Below, in pieces: positions 18,848 to 28,438 of a DNA stretch of 64,000 nt. Location of the stretch: contig NZ_NZMB01000018.1 of NCBI RefSeq assembly GCF_002694385.1, forward strand, positions 27,655 to 91,654, in the 5' to 3' direction. The notes below the pieces were generated by a model, which saw only the letters and a list, made by a program, of their open reading frames with translations, did no database searches and had not been told where the DNA came from. Numbering within the stretch: the stretch's first letter is position 1; each line of letters starts with the position of its first letter. A program made the translations under genes and the position numbers. The DNA comes from Sneathiella sp. (lineage in GTDB: Bacteria; Pseudomonadota; Alphaproteobacteria; Sneathiellales; Sneathiellaceae).

Positions 18848-19941
18848 TCCAGCTTCCAAACACGCTCTCCGTCTATCTGGGGAAGCAGTTTCTCAAGAAT
18901 ACCGCCATCATTTTCGGCGTGCTGATGACCATTGTCTTTCTCGCCGATTTTATCGAGGCCCTGCGCCGCGGCGGCGACCGTGACGATATGACCATCGGTA
19001 TTCTTCTGCAAATGGTGTTTCTGCGCCTGCCCACGCTGTCGCTAAAACTGCTGCCCTTTATAGCGCTATTCGGCGCCATGTTGACATTCTTCCGTCTCGC
19101 CAAAACGAGTGAACTGGCTGTCATCCGCGCAACTGGCGTCTCCATCTGGCAATTCCTGTTTCCGGCCCTGTCCATCGCCTTCGCCTTCGGCATCCTGGTG
19201 CTGACTGTAATCAATCCGATCGCGGCGGCCATGCAGGCGGAGAATGACCGGATGGAAGCGAAATATTTTGAACGTCAGTCGAACCTGCTGACCCTTTCCA
19301 CCAATGATCTGTGGCTACGGCAGGTGGATGAGGACGGGCTGTCCGTCATCCATGCGCGCGGCGTTGTCAATCAGGGGATCGACCTCACGGAGGTGATCAT
19401 TTTCCAGTATGACAGGGGCGACATCTTCACCGGCCGTCTTGATGCGGACAAGGCGCGGCTGCGGCCCGGTTACTGGGATCTGGAGAATGTCGTCATTACC
19501 GGCCCCAACCGTCCGGCCGAACGGCGCGAACGGCTTGAAGTGCCGACGTCCCTCACCCTGTTGCAGATCCAGGAAAGCTTCGCCTCTCCGGCGACCCTGT
19601 CTTTCTGGGATCTGCCGGGCTTTATCGCCACCCTTGAAAAGGCCGGTTTTTCCGGCGATCGTCACCGGCTGTACTTCTACAGCCTGATCGCCGGGCCAAT
19701 CCTGCTGCTGGCCATGGTCCTGGTCGCGGCCACTTTCTCGCTGCGTTCGCTACGGCAGGGGCGAACGGTGATGATGGTGCTTGGCGGCATTGTCACAGGC
19801 TTTGTATTTTATTTCATGACTGACATCATCTATGCCCTGGGCCTTGCCGGCAACCTGCCGGTGCTTCTGGCGGCCTTTATTCCGGCGGCGGCCATCACAT
19901 TGTTCGGTCTCGCCATGATGTTTCATCTGGAGGATGGCTAG
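18844..19941 (+). CDS. lptG: LPS export ABC transporter permease LptG
   Basis: 365 aa YjgP/YjgQ paralogue with a 4-nt overlap with lptF. Confidence 0.88.
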   Translation: MIQLPNTLSVYLGKQFLKNTAIIFGVLMTIVFLADFIEALRRGGDRDDMTIGILLQMVFLRLPTLSLKLLPFIALFGAMLTFFRLAKTSELAVIRATGVSIWQFLFPALSIAFAFGILVLTVINPIAAAMQAENDRMEAKYFERQSNLLTLSTNDLWLRQVDEDGLSVIHARGVVNQGIDLTEVIIFQYDRGDIFTGRLDADKARLRPGYWDLENVVITGPNRPAERRERLEVPTSLTLLQIQESFASPATLSFWDLPGFIATLEKAGFSGDRHRLYFYSLIAGPILLLAMVLVAATFSLRSLRQGRTVMMVLGGIVTGFVFYFMTDIIYALGLAGNLPVLLAAFIPAAAITLFGLAMMFHLEDG

Positions 19942-19944
19942 TTG

Positions 19945-22137
19945 ATGCGGCGGTTACTCAATTCCGGCGTCAGCATGCTCGCCCTTCTCGCCGCGTCAGC
20001 AGCCATTGGCAGCCTCCCCGCCCATGCGCAAACGACGGGCGAGGCATCCGCCGCACCGTCTGCCGATGTCAATCAGGAAGCGCTGCTGAGCGCCGACGAG
20101 GTGGTCTATGACAATGCCGCGCAGCGGGTGGAGGCGAGCGGCAATGTGGAAATCATGCAGGGGCAACGCATCCTGAAGGCGGATCGCGTCGTCTATGACA
20201 TTTCCGCCGACACGGTAAAGGCATTTGGCAATATCGTCCTGCTGGAGCCATCGGGCGACGTTCTCTTCGCTGATAATATGGAATTGAAGAACGAGCTCAA
20301 GACAGGTGCCATTCGCGACCTCAAGATCCTGTTCACCGACAATTCCCGTCTCGCTGCCCATGATGCGGTGCGCGAAGATGAAAACCGGACCGTCATGACC
20401 AAGGCCGTGTTCACGAGCTGCGAGGCGTGCCGCGAAAACCCGGACCGTCCGCCGATCTGGCAGGCGAAAGCGGAAAAAGTGATCCATGACCGGGTGGACA
20501 AGACCATCACCTACCGCAACGCCTTTCTGGAATTCTTCGGCGTGCCGGTTATCTATACGCCGTATTTCTCACATCCCGATCCCAGCGTGGACCGTCAGAG
20601 CGGTTTTCTCGCGCCGACCGCCTTCAGCAGCTCGACACTCGGGTACGCGGCGCAGATCCCCTATTATTATGTCATTTCCGATGACAAGGACATGACGATC
20701 ACTCCGACCATCACCACGAAACAGAATATCCAGATGGCTACAGAGTACCGGCAGGCCTTCGAGAGTGGCGATTTCGAAATTGATGGCTCCCTCACCTATG
20801 TGGACAAGGTTGACCGCAACAATGACACGACCGGTGGGCAGGAATTTCAGGGGCATATCCGCTCCGAAGGCAATTTTCGCATTGATGATGCCTGGGACTG
20901 GGGCTTCAACGTCTTTCGCACCACCCATGATACCTATTTACGCAAATATGATATCAGCAGCGAAAATACCCTGACCTCCTTCGCCTATCTACAGGGCCAG
21001 CGTGGCCGCAACCTGTCGCGCCTCTCCGCCTACAGCTTTCAGGGGCTGACTGAAGCCGATGTTTCCGGTGAAACTCCGATTGTTCCAGCCTGGTGGAATT
21101 ATTCCTATGTTGGCGAACCCAATGACTTCGGCGGCCGGTTCAGTGTCGACGCCGACGCGCTCGCCATTTTCCGTACCAGCGGTCAGGATACCAACCGCAT
21201 GTCGCTGCAAGGGGGCTACTATATTCCCTACACCACCTCGAATGGTCAGGTGATCAGCTTCAACAGCAGCATGCGGGGTGATCTTTACTATGCCCGCGAC
21301 ATTCTTTCCAATCCGGCCGATCCGTCCAGCGCGACCAACCAGGATAATTTCTATGGGCGTGTGGTGCCCTCTGCATCTGTCAAATGGCGCTATCCTTTCG
21401 TCCGTCAGGCCGGGAGCATCCGCCAGACGGTGGAGCCCATCGTCGAAGCGGTGTGGTCCGATGTCTATGGCGATGAGGATACGCCGAACGAAGATAGCCT
21501 CAGCTTCGAATTTGACGATACCAATCTGTTCGGTTCCAACCGCTATGCCGGGATTGATCTGGTGGAGGAAGGCGGCCGCATCAATTATGGCGTTAATTTC
21601 GGCTTATACGGCGCGTCCGGCGGATATACCTCGCTGCTGCTTGGTCAGACCTATCATCTGGATGACAATACCGGCTTTCAGAACGGCACCGGACTTGAGG
21701 ATAAATTCTCGGACTATGTGGCGCGGGTTGAAATCCGCCCCACCGACAATCTGCAATTCGTCAACCGCGTACGCCTCGATCATGACACCCTGAAGCTGGC
21801 CCGCAACGAGGTGACCCTGAAACTCGGAGATATGGATAACTTCTTCGATCTGGGATATGTCTTTCTGCAAAATGACATCAACGGCCTGACCGGGTCCAAG
21901 CGCGAGGAAATCTATGTCGCGGGCAAAGTCAAGATTGCAGAATACTGGAGCACCTATGGCAGCTACCGGCGTGATCTGGTCGATGCCGGCAATTCCATTG
22001 AAGGGCGGATCGGCATTGAATATCTCGATGAGTGTTTCGGCTTTGCGCTGGAGGCCAAGCGAACCTTCACCCGTGATCGCGATGTGGAGCCGGAAACCCG
22101 CTTCAGCGTCAAAATCCGACTGCTGCCTTTCAATTAG
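19945..22137 (+). CDS. lptD: LPS-assembly outer-membrane protein LptD
   Basis: About 730 aa. Signal peptide (LLAASAAIGSLPAHAQ), OstA-like N-terminal region, and a large beta-barrel ending ...FSVKIRLLPFN. The ATG at 19945 is preferred over the TTG at 19942. Confidence 0.92.
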   Translation: MRRLLNSGVSMLALLAASAAIGSLPAHAQTTGEASAAPSADVNQEALLSADEVVYDNAAQRVEASGNVEIMQGQRILKADRVVYDISADTVKAFGNIVLLEPSGDVLFADNMELKNELKTGAIRDLKILFTDNSRLAAHDAVREDENRTVMTKAVFTSCEACRENPDRPPIWQAKAEKVIHDRVDKTITYRNAFLEFFGVPVIYTPYFSHPDPSVDRQSGFLAPTAFSSSTLGYAAQIPYYYVISDDKDMTITPTITTKQNIQMATEYRQAFESGDFEIDGSLTYVDKVDRNNDTTGGQEFQGHIRSEGNFRIDDAWDWGFNVFRTTHDTYLRKYDISSENTLTSFAYLQGQRGRNLSRLSAYSFQGLTEADVSGETPIVPAWWNYSYVGEPNDFGGRFSVDADALAIFRTSGQDTNRMSLQGGYYIPYTTSNGQVISFNSSMRGDLYYARDILSNPADPSSATNQDNFYGRVVPSASVKWRYPFVRQAGSIRQTVEPIVEAVWSDVYGDEDTPNEDSLSFEFDDTNLFGSNRYAGIDLVEEGGRINYGVNFGLYGASGGYTSLLLGQTYHLDDNTGFQNGTGLEDKFSDYVARVEIRPTDNLQFVNRVRLDHDTLKLARNEVTLKLGDMDNFFDLGYVFLQNDINGLTGSKREEIYVAGKVKIAEYWSTYGSYRRDLVDAGNSIEGRIGIEYLDECFGFALEAKRTFTRDRDVEPETRFSVKIRLLPFN

Positions 22138-22212
22138 GGGCGGAGATGGCTATTCTCTGCCCTGCTGCGTTCTTGCCATATCTTAATGCGACACTAGGTT
22201 AAAGACTGTATT

Positions 22213-23481
22213 ATGCTGATGCGTTCCCTGCTGAAGAAATCGCTGCTTACCATTGCCCTGCTGATGCTGGTCGTTTCCCCGCGCATCGCTACGGCGCAGA
22301 ATGTCCAAAATATTGTCGCCGTCGTCAATGATCAGGTGATTTCCGGATACGACCTGCGGCAACGGATCGCCCTGACCATTGCACTGTCCGATTTCCCCGA
22401 TACCGAGGAGACGCGTAAACAGCTTGTCAATCCGACCATTGCCCGCCTGATCGATGACGCGCTGAAAATACAGGAAGCCGAGCGTTTCAATGTCACCGTC
22501 GGCGATGAAGAAGTGCTAAAGGCGATTGAGTATCTGGAGCGTAACAACAATATGGCGCCGGGTCAGATTGCCCGCATGCTTGAAGAAAACAACATTGATA
22601 TTGCCACGCTGATGGCACAGATCAGGGCCAACCTCACCTGGAACCGGCTGATTGAAGGCCGCATCCTGCCGCGTATCATTGTCTCTGACGAGGAGGTGGC
22701 CGCCGTCCAGGCCCGTCTGGAAAATAACAAGGGCAAGACGGAATATCTGATGAGCGAGATCTATATTCCGGTGGAAAACGCCGCAAATGAGGATCAGGTG
22801 CGCAATGGCGTCGCCAACCTGATTGGCCAGATCCGCGCCGGCGCGCCCTTTCCGCGCGTCGCCGCGCAGATCAGCCAGGGATCGACCGCGGCCTCCGGCG
22901 GTGTTGTCGGCTGGGTCCTGGCAAGCGAGGTGGAGCCGGAAATCGGCGCCGCGCTGTCGCGCCTGCGTCCCGGCGAAGTCTCCGACCCCATTCGGGGCGC
23001 TTCCGGCTATTTCATCATCATGGTGGAGCAGACCCGCACCATCCTTGACAACAACCCAGATGATATTGCCCTTGATCTGACCCAGATCATCGTACCGCCC
23101 CCTTCCGGCAATGGCGATGCGGCAACGCAGGAAAAACTCGCCCTCACCGTCAGCAACGTCATTGAAGGATGCAGCGACCTGCCGCCCCTGCTGACCGAAT
23201 TGAACAGCCGCGACAGCGGACAGATTGGCCGATTGCGGCTTGGCGATTTGCCCGATCATATTCGCGAGCTGGTGAAAGACCTGCAGCCGGGAGAGGCCAG
23301 CGAACCGTATAAGGACAGCGACCTCTATCGCATTTTCGTTGTCTGCGGACGGAACGATCCGCAGTCGCGCAGCAATGACCCGGAAGAAATCCGCCGTGAA
23401 ATCATGCTGCGCCGGGCGGAAAACCGGGCCCGTGGCTATCTTCAGGATATCCATAATGCGGCCACCATCGAAACCCGCTGA
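22213..23481 (+). CDS. surA: Periplasmic chaperone/peptidyl-prolyl isomerase SurA
   Basis: 422 aa. Signal peptide, SurA N-terminal domain and parvulin-like region, at the conserved lptD-surA-pdxA-rsmA position. Confidence 0.88.
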   Translation: MLMRSLLKKSLLTIALLMLVVSPRIATAQNVQNIVAVVNDQVISGYDLRQRIALTIALSDFPDTEETRKQLVNPTIARLIDDALKIQEAERFNVTVGDEEVLKAIEYLERNNNMAPGQIARMLEENNIDIATLMAQIRANLTWNRLIEGRILPRIIVSDEEVAAVQARLENNKGKTEYLMSEIYIPVENAANEDQVRNGVANLIGQIRAGAPFPRVAAQISQGSTAASGGVVGWVLASEVEPEIGAALSRLRPGEVSDPIRGASGYFIIMVEQTRTILDNNPDDIALDLTQIIVPPPSGNGDAATQEKLALTVSNVIEGCSDLPPLLTELNSRDSGQIGRLRLGDLPDHIRELVKDLQPGEASEPYKDSDLYRIFVVCGRNDPQSRSNDPEEIRREIMLRRAENRARGYLQDIHNAATIETR

Positions 23482-23502
23482 CCGGGGGGAGCCAACCGCG
23501 CC

Positions 23503-24492
23503 ATGACCGCAGTTCCGCTCCTCGCCGTCAGTCAGGGAGACCCCGGCGGCATCGGCATCGAGATTACCGCGAAAGCCTGGCGGCGGCGGCAGGATGACGG
23601 GCTTGACCCTTTCTTCCTGATCGGCAACTCGCAGACAATCATTACACAAATCCAAGCCCTGCTTCCTGATGTACCGGTCATCGACATCGACACGCCAGCC
23701 GCGGCACGCGAGGTTTTCACCCGCGCCCTGCCCGTCCTGCCGCTGGATATGGCGCTGTCCCCCGCCGCCGCCACGGTTGCAGCCATCCGTCACGGCGCCT
23801 TTCTCTGCAAAAAGGGGGAGGCCAGCGCCCTTGTCACCAACCCGATCCATAAGAAACGGCTCTATGAGGCCGGGTTCGATCATCCGGGTCACACCGAATA
23901 TCTCGCCGCTCTCACGGGGCGACCCGGCAAATCGGTGATGATGCTCGCCTGCCCGGAGCTGAGAGTTGTCCCCGCCACCGTACATATCCCGATCAGCGAA
24001 GTGCCCCAGCGGCTCAATCAGCCGCTGCTCCGCCATGTGATCGAGACCACATATCATGATTTGCAGCGCTGTTTCGGCCTCAAAAACCCCCGCATCACCG
24101 TTGCCGGGCTCAACCCCCACGCCGGGGAAGGCGGGACAATCGGACGGGAGGAGGAAGAGATCATTCGCCCAGTGATTGCGGAGTTTGCGGCGCGCGGCAT
24201 GGCCATTACCGGCCCGTTCCCGGCTGACAGCCTGTTCCATCCGGCGGCGCGGGAACGCTATGACGCGGCCATCTGCATGTATCATGACCAAGCGCTGATC
24301 CCGATCAAGACCATTGATTTCGACGGCGGGGTGAATGTCACGCTCGGCCTGCCCATTATTCGCACGTCTCCCGATCATGGCACGGCGGAAGATATCGCCG
24401 GAAAGGGCATCGCCAACCCTTCCAGCCTGATTGCCGCCCTGCGCCTCGCCGGGGAGATGGCCCGGACGAGTTGGGCGCCTGATCATGGCTGA
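23503..24492 (+). CDS. pdxA: 4-hydroxythreonine-4-phosphate dehydrogenase
   Basis: 329 aa with [10 protein letters not shown] and RTSPDHGTA motifs. Confidence 0.94.
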   Translation: MTAVPLLAVSQGDPGGIGIEITAKAWRRRQDDGLDPFFLIGNSQTIITQIQALLPDVPVIDIDTPAAAREVFTRALPVLPLDMALSPAAATVAAIRHGAFLCKKGEASALVTNPIHKKRLYEAGFDHPGHTEYLAALTGRPGKSVMMLACPELRVVPATVHIPISEVPQRLNQPLLRHVIETTYHDLQRCFGLKNPRITVAGLNPHAGEGGTIGREEEEIIRPVIAEFAARGMAITGPFPADSLFHPAARERYDAAICMYHDQALIPIKTIDFDGGVNVTLGLPIIRTSPDHGTAEDIAGKGIANPSSLIAALRLAGEMARTSWAPDHG

Positions 24493-25318
24493 AGAGAAAC
24501 CCCTGCCGCCGCTGCGTGAGGTGATTGCGCAATATGGCCTCAATGCCGACAAGTCGCTCGGACAGAATTTCCTGCTCGATCTCAACCTGACAGGCCGCAT
24601 TGCCCGATGCGCAGGCAAGCTGGAAGGCGAGACAGTGATCGAGATTGGCCCCGGCCCCGGCGGCCTGACCCGCGCGATCCTGAACGCGGGCGCTGCCCGG
24701 CTTATCGTCATCGAGAAGGATACCCGCTGCCTGCCCGCCCTCGCCGATATCGCCGCCGCCTTTCCCGGCCGGTTGGAAGTGCTGCACGAAGATGCCCTTG
24801 AAATAGACGAGACAACCTTTTTTGAGGGCAAGGCGAAAATCATTGCCAACCTGCCCTATAATGTAGCGACGCCGCTGCTCATCAAATGGCTGCACCGGCG
24901 GGAGCGTTTCTCCTCCCTCACCCTGATGTTCCAGAAGGAAGTCGCCGACCGCCTAACGGCCATCCCGCGCACGAAAGCCTATGGGCGACTCAGCATTCTC
25001 TGTCAGTGGTTATGCGAAACCCGCCGGGAATTTGACATCTCGCCGCGGGCCTTCACCCCGCCGCCCAAGGTAACCAGCACGGTTGTTACCCTGATCCCAC
25101 GGGTGGAGCCGCGTTACCCTGCTGATCCGGCCATTCTGGAGAAGGTTGTCGCCGCCGCCTTCAATCAGCGCCGCAAGATGCTGCGGGCGAGCCTCAAACC
25201 GCTCGGGCGGCCACCGGAGGAAATGCTGGAAAAAGCCGGAATAGATCCGACCCGCCGCGCCGAGGAACTCACAGTCGAGGAATTCTGCGCGCTGGCAAGG
25301 GCCTATAAAACGACCTAA
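24485..25318 (+). CDS. rsmA: 16S rRNA (adenine1518/1519-N6)-dimethyltransferase
   Basis: [18 protein letters not shown] and NLPYN motifs. The start is moved from 24431 to the ATG at 24485 ([13 protein letters not shown]...), which overlaps the pdxA stop. Confidence 0.93.
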   Translation: MAEEKPLPPLREVIAQYGLNADKSLGQNFLLDLNLTGRIARCAGKLEGETVIEIGPGPGGLTRAILNAGAARLIVIEKDTRCLPALADIAAAFPGRLEVLHEDALEIDETTFFEGKAKIIANLPYNVATPLLIKWLHRRERFSSLTLMFQKEVADRLTAIPRTKAYGRLSILCQWLCETRREFDISPRAFTPPPKVTSTVVTLIPRVEPRYPADPAILEKVVAAAFNQRRKMLRASLKPLGRPPEEMLEKAGIDPTRRAEELTVEEFCALARAYKTT

Positions 25319-25965
25319 TACCCCTGCCGCAGGCGGCTCACGAAATCAATCAGCCCGATGCGGCGGGTGCGGCGGACCCGTTCGGCATTGAGGATGGCCT
25401 TCACCTCATTCAGGCAGCGGTCGAAATCATCATTGACCACAACATAGTCATATTCGCTCCAGTGACTGATTTCCTCCGACGCTTTCGCCATCCGGCCCGC
25501 GATCACCTCGGCGCTGTCCTGGGCGCGTGTCTTCAGCCGCTGCTCCAGCGCCTCAGTAGAAGGCGGCAGGATAAAAACGCTGACCAGATCGGCGCGCGCC
25601 TTGTGGGCAAGCTGTTGCGTGCCCTGCCAGTCGATATCAAACAGAACATCCTGCCCGCCTTCCAGCGCCTTTTCCACAGGCGCGCGCGGCGTGCCGTAAT
25701 AATGATTGAACACCTTGGCATGTTCCAGAAGTTCGTCCCGATTGATCATCAGGTTGAAATCCACCGGCTCGATGAAATAATAATCCCGGCCATGTTCCTC
25801 ACCGGGGCGACGGGGTCGTGTGGTGGCGGAAACCGACATGACCAGTTGGTCATCCTCCTGCAACAGGGCGCGGGAAATGGTCGTCTTGCCCGCTCCGGAG
25901 GGTGAGGACAGCACCAGCATCAACCCCCGCCTTTTCAACACCTCGCCGCCGCTTTCCATCTGCAT
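25315..25965 (-). CDS. gmk: Guanylate kinase
   Basis: P-loop [10 protein letters not shown]. The start is moved to the ATG at 25965 ([19 protein letters not shown]...), 10 nt after the yicC stop. Its stop overlaps the rsmA stop by 4 nt. Confidence 0.93.
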   Translation of the reverse strand: MQMESGGEVLKRRGLMLVLSSPSGAGKTTISRALLQEDDQLVMSVSATTRPRRPGEEHGRDYYFIEPVDFNLMINRDELLEHAKVFNHYYGTPRAPVEKALEGGQDVLFDIDWQGTQQLAHKARADLVSVFILPPSTEALEQRLKTRAQDSAEVIAGRMAKASEEISHWSEYDYVVVNDDFDRCLNEVKAILNAERVRRTRRIGLIDFVSRLRQGY

Positions 25966-25975
25966 ATCCTTACCC

Positions 25976-26866
25976 TTACTCGATGTTCTGGACCTGCTCG
26001 CGCATCTTGTCGATGGCAACCTTGAGGTCGAGGCCGATCTGAGTCAGCTCCCTGTCATTGGCCTTGGAACAAAGCGTGTTGGCCTCGCGGTTGAATTCCT
26101 GGCAGATGAAATCGAGCCGCCGTCCGACACTGCCCCGCGCCGTGGCATTCAGAATATCACGGGTGGCCTTGATATGACCGGTCAGCCGGTCCAGCTCCTC
26201 GGCAATATCCGCTTTGGTGGTCAGCAGGGCGAGTTCCTGTTCCAGCCGCCCCTCGTCCACGCTGCCCGCCTCCAGGATCAGCGCCATCTGGCTCTGGATT
26301 TTCTCGCGGATCCGCTCCGGCCATCCGGCGGCGAGAATGGCCGCACGCTTCACCAGGGTGTCTACCACATCCAACTGGGACAACAGCACGGGGCGAAGCT
26401 GCCCCCCTTCCTCCGCCCGAACACGCGCCATCTCCGTCATCAGCAGATCAGCAGAGGCCAGCAGTTCCCCCTCCAGCGCCTCCATGTCTTTGCCCGCGAG
26501 AGGATCGTCTTTGAACTCGATCACCCCGCGTAGCGCTAACAAACCATCCATGCGGGGGGCCTGGACTGTGCCTTCGGCGACATATTTGCCGGACAACGCA
26601 ATCAACTCCCGCAGAAACTCTTCATTGACCTGATGGGCAGCGGCAGCGCTACGGTTCTCAAATTGCAGATGCAGATTGACGGAACCCCGCTCAAACCGGG
26701 ACTTGACCAGCTTGCGCAGCCGGTCTTCCAGAAAGTCGAAACCGGCCGGGAAACGGCAGCGGATTTCAAGACCGCGGCCATTGACGCTTTTCATTTCCCA
26801 CAGCCAATTGACGCCATCATGGGCGCCGCTCGCCCGGGCAAACCCCGTCATGCTGTTAATGCTCAC
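25976..26866 (-). CDS. yicC: YicC/YloC family stress-induced protein (endoribonuclease family)
   Basis: 296 aa. N-terminus MSINSMTGFA... and C-terminal DUF1732-like helical region, upstream of gmk as is usual. Confidence 0.88.
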   Translation of the reverse strand: MSINSMTGFARASGAHDGVNWLWEMKSVNGRGLEIRCRFPAGFDFLEDRLRKLVKSRFERGSVNLHLQFENRSAAAAHQVNEEFLRELIALSGKYVAEGTVQAPRMDGLLALRGVIEFKDDPLAGKDMEALEGELLASADLLMTEMARVRAEEGGQLRPVLLSQLDVVDTLVKRAAILAAGWPERIREKIQSQMALILEAGSVDEGRLEQELALLTTKADIAEELDRLTGHIKATRDILNATARGSVGRRLDFICQEFNREANTLCSKANDRELTQIGLDLKVAIDKMREQVQNIE

Positions 26867-26954
26867 GTCCCGCCCCTCAGCCCCGCTGTCCGTTCATGGA
26901 TAAAACACCGCCTTGTATAGCTTTATCCATCCGGCGCGACAAGCGCGGGTACGG

Positions 26955-28361
26955 TTATTTTTTGGCTCTCTGTGCTGCGGCAGGCTTCGGCTCCCTCGGC
27001 TCCATCAGCCCCGTCAGAAGGCTGATCAGGCCTTGCAGCGCGGCAAACAACAAAGTCGAGAAAAGCCCGCCCGCAAAGGCCGCCATGTCGAGCATGAATT
27101 CCGCCGCCGCGCTTTCCATTGGCAGCCAGACCTCAAGGGCGAGAAAGACCAGCGCCCCCGTCACCCCGCCGAGGGCCGCCCTGAGGAAGGGGGATTGACG
27201 GATACCACCATCGAAACGGCGGCGGCGGACGGCAAGCGCGGTATTCAGCGCAATCTGCGTCAGGGCCCCGACGGCACCCCAGAGAAATCCCGCAATTGCC
27301 CCGATGGACCAGATGACATCCGTTGCGAATTCCTCCGTGAACATCTGCGCGGACAGGGTGCGCAACAGCAGCAGCGCGGGGAAGATGATCAGGATCAAAA
27401 TTGACAGGGCAAAGGGAATGGTCCATAGAACCGGCGCGCCCGCGGCGCTGTCCTCCAACGTGGTGCCGGTGACGCCACTCGCCGCAAAGCTTACCCCCGC
27501 CACTTTCCGATAGGTCGCCTGCAGGGTCTGATGGCAGGCCGCGCGCTCGGATGCGGTGGTCGCCTTCTCTGAAATGGCGATGGCGGCATCGAGCGCGTCC
27601 AGCTCGGCCGGCGGCACCGGCGACGGATGCTCAGCCAGATAGGCGGCCAGCAGGGACGCCTTGCCGAGAAGCGCCCTTCGCGCCGTGTCAGAGGTTTCAT
27701 TGGAGGTGGCAGGAACCACCGGCGCGGCGGAAGGCATATCCGGAGCGGGAGCATCCTTCTGTTTCGCTTCGGCTTCAGGCCCTGCTGCGGCGTCCGTTCC
27801 GCTGTGCGGGTCGGCCTCGGGCGCTGTTACGGTTGTGGGCGCGGCGGCGGGCTTTTCCTGCGCGATCTCGGTGTCCCCTTCACTTTCGGGGGAAGTCGCT
27901 TCTGCGGGACTTTCTGTCGCCGTCTCCGCCGATGTTGCCTCTCCGCCCGCTGTCTCCGTGGCGGCGTTTTCCGGTGCTGCGTCAACCGCGGTAGCCACCA
28001 CAGATGCCTCCGCCGCCTCACCGGCGTTCGCCGCTTCCGGCTTGGACGTTTCCGGGCGCGGGGGAAAGGGCGCGTCAGTATTCTCCGGCATCGGCGTCCC
28101 GGATGGCGCGGTCTGGGTTGCCGGAAAAGGCGGCGGCGTCGCTGTGGTTGAGGGAGGGGACGCGGACGCCGCCGCTGGCGCAACAGTCGCGCCGGAAGCC
28201 TCCGGGCCAGAGGCAGGTTTCGGGATGCTGCGTTCCACCATCGCGCGCGAGCTGGCGTCCAGCGATGCGATGTCGCGGCGTAACTCCATCAGGCTTTCGC
28301 GCAGCTCCTGCCGCTGTTTCAGCAATAGTTGAATGGTATCCGTACTGACCATGCGCGCCAC
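26955..28361 (-). CDS. Hypothetical membrane protein: N-terminal coiled coil, ~200-aa acidic Ala/Pro/Thr/Glu low-complexity linker, C-terminal ~4 TM helices
   Basis: 468 aa. The composition of this strand is protein-like, whereas the overlapping frames are Arg/Gly shadows. TM segments include VLWTIPFALSILILIIFPALLLL, VIWSIGAIAGFLWGAVGALTQIAL, LGGVTGALVFLALEVWL and AAFAGGLFSTLLFAALQGLISLL. I recognise no family. The start could be GTG 28361 or ATG 28352. Confidence 0.65.
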   Translation of the reverse strand: MARMVSTDTIQLLLKQRQELRESLMELRRDIASLDASSRAMVERSIPKPASGPEASGATVAPAAASASPPSTTATPPPFPATQTAPSGTPMPENTDAPFPPRPETSKPEAANAGEAAEASVVATAVDAAPENAATETAGGEATSAETATESPAEATSPESEGDTEIAQEKPAAAPTTVTAPEADPHSGTDAAAGPEAEAKQKDAPAPDMPSAAPVVPATSNETSDTARRALLGKASLLAAYLAEHPSPVPPAELDALDAAIAISEKATTASERAACHQTLQATYRKVAGVSFAASGVTGTTLEDSAAGAPVLWTIPFALSILILIIFPALLLLRTLSAQMFTEEFATDVIWSIGAIAGFLWGAVGALTQIALNTALAVRRRRFDGGIRQSPFLRAALGGVTGALVFLALEVWLPMESAAAEFMLDMAAFAGGLFSTLLFAALQGLISLLTGLMEPREPKPAAAQRAKK

Positions 28362-28438
28362 CCGCTCCTCTGATCGCCCTTGTTTGGGGAGAGACGCGCC
28401 GCAAGCGGATTTTGTGTCAGGACGGCGACGGAGCCCGA

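Noticed and set aside
24431-24484. N-terminal extensions in the ORF track. Affected genes: rsmA 24431, gmk 26019, fabD 32932, rplI 34577, radA 39679, dppF-like 46828, der 57466, bamB 58811, YdeI-like 9268, PG-binding protein 60908, and the 660-aa ORF 52563.
   Set aside because: The extensions are Arg/Pro-rich or overlap the preceding gene extensively. Internal ATGs reproduce canonical family N-termini and/or have a better SD and spacing.
27551-28348. Cluster of six overlapping ORFs on both strands inside 27.5-28.4 kb.
   Set aside because: All fall inside the low-complexity Ala/Pro/Glu/Thr linker of the 468-aa minus-strand protein. Their translations are Arg/Gly/Cys/Pro runs. They are artefacts of compositional bias.
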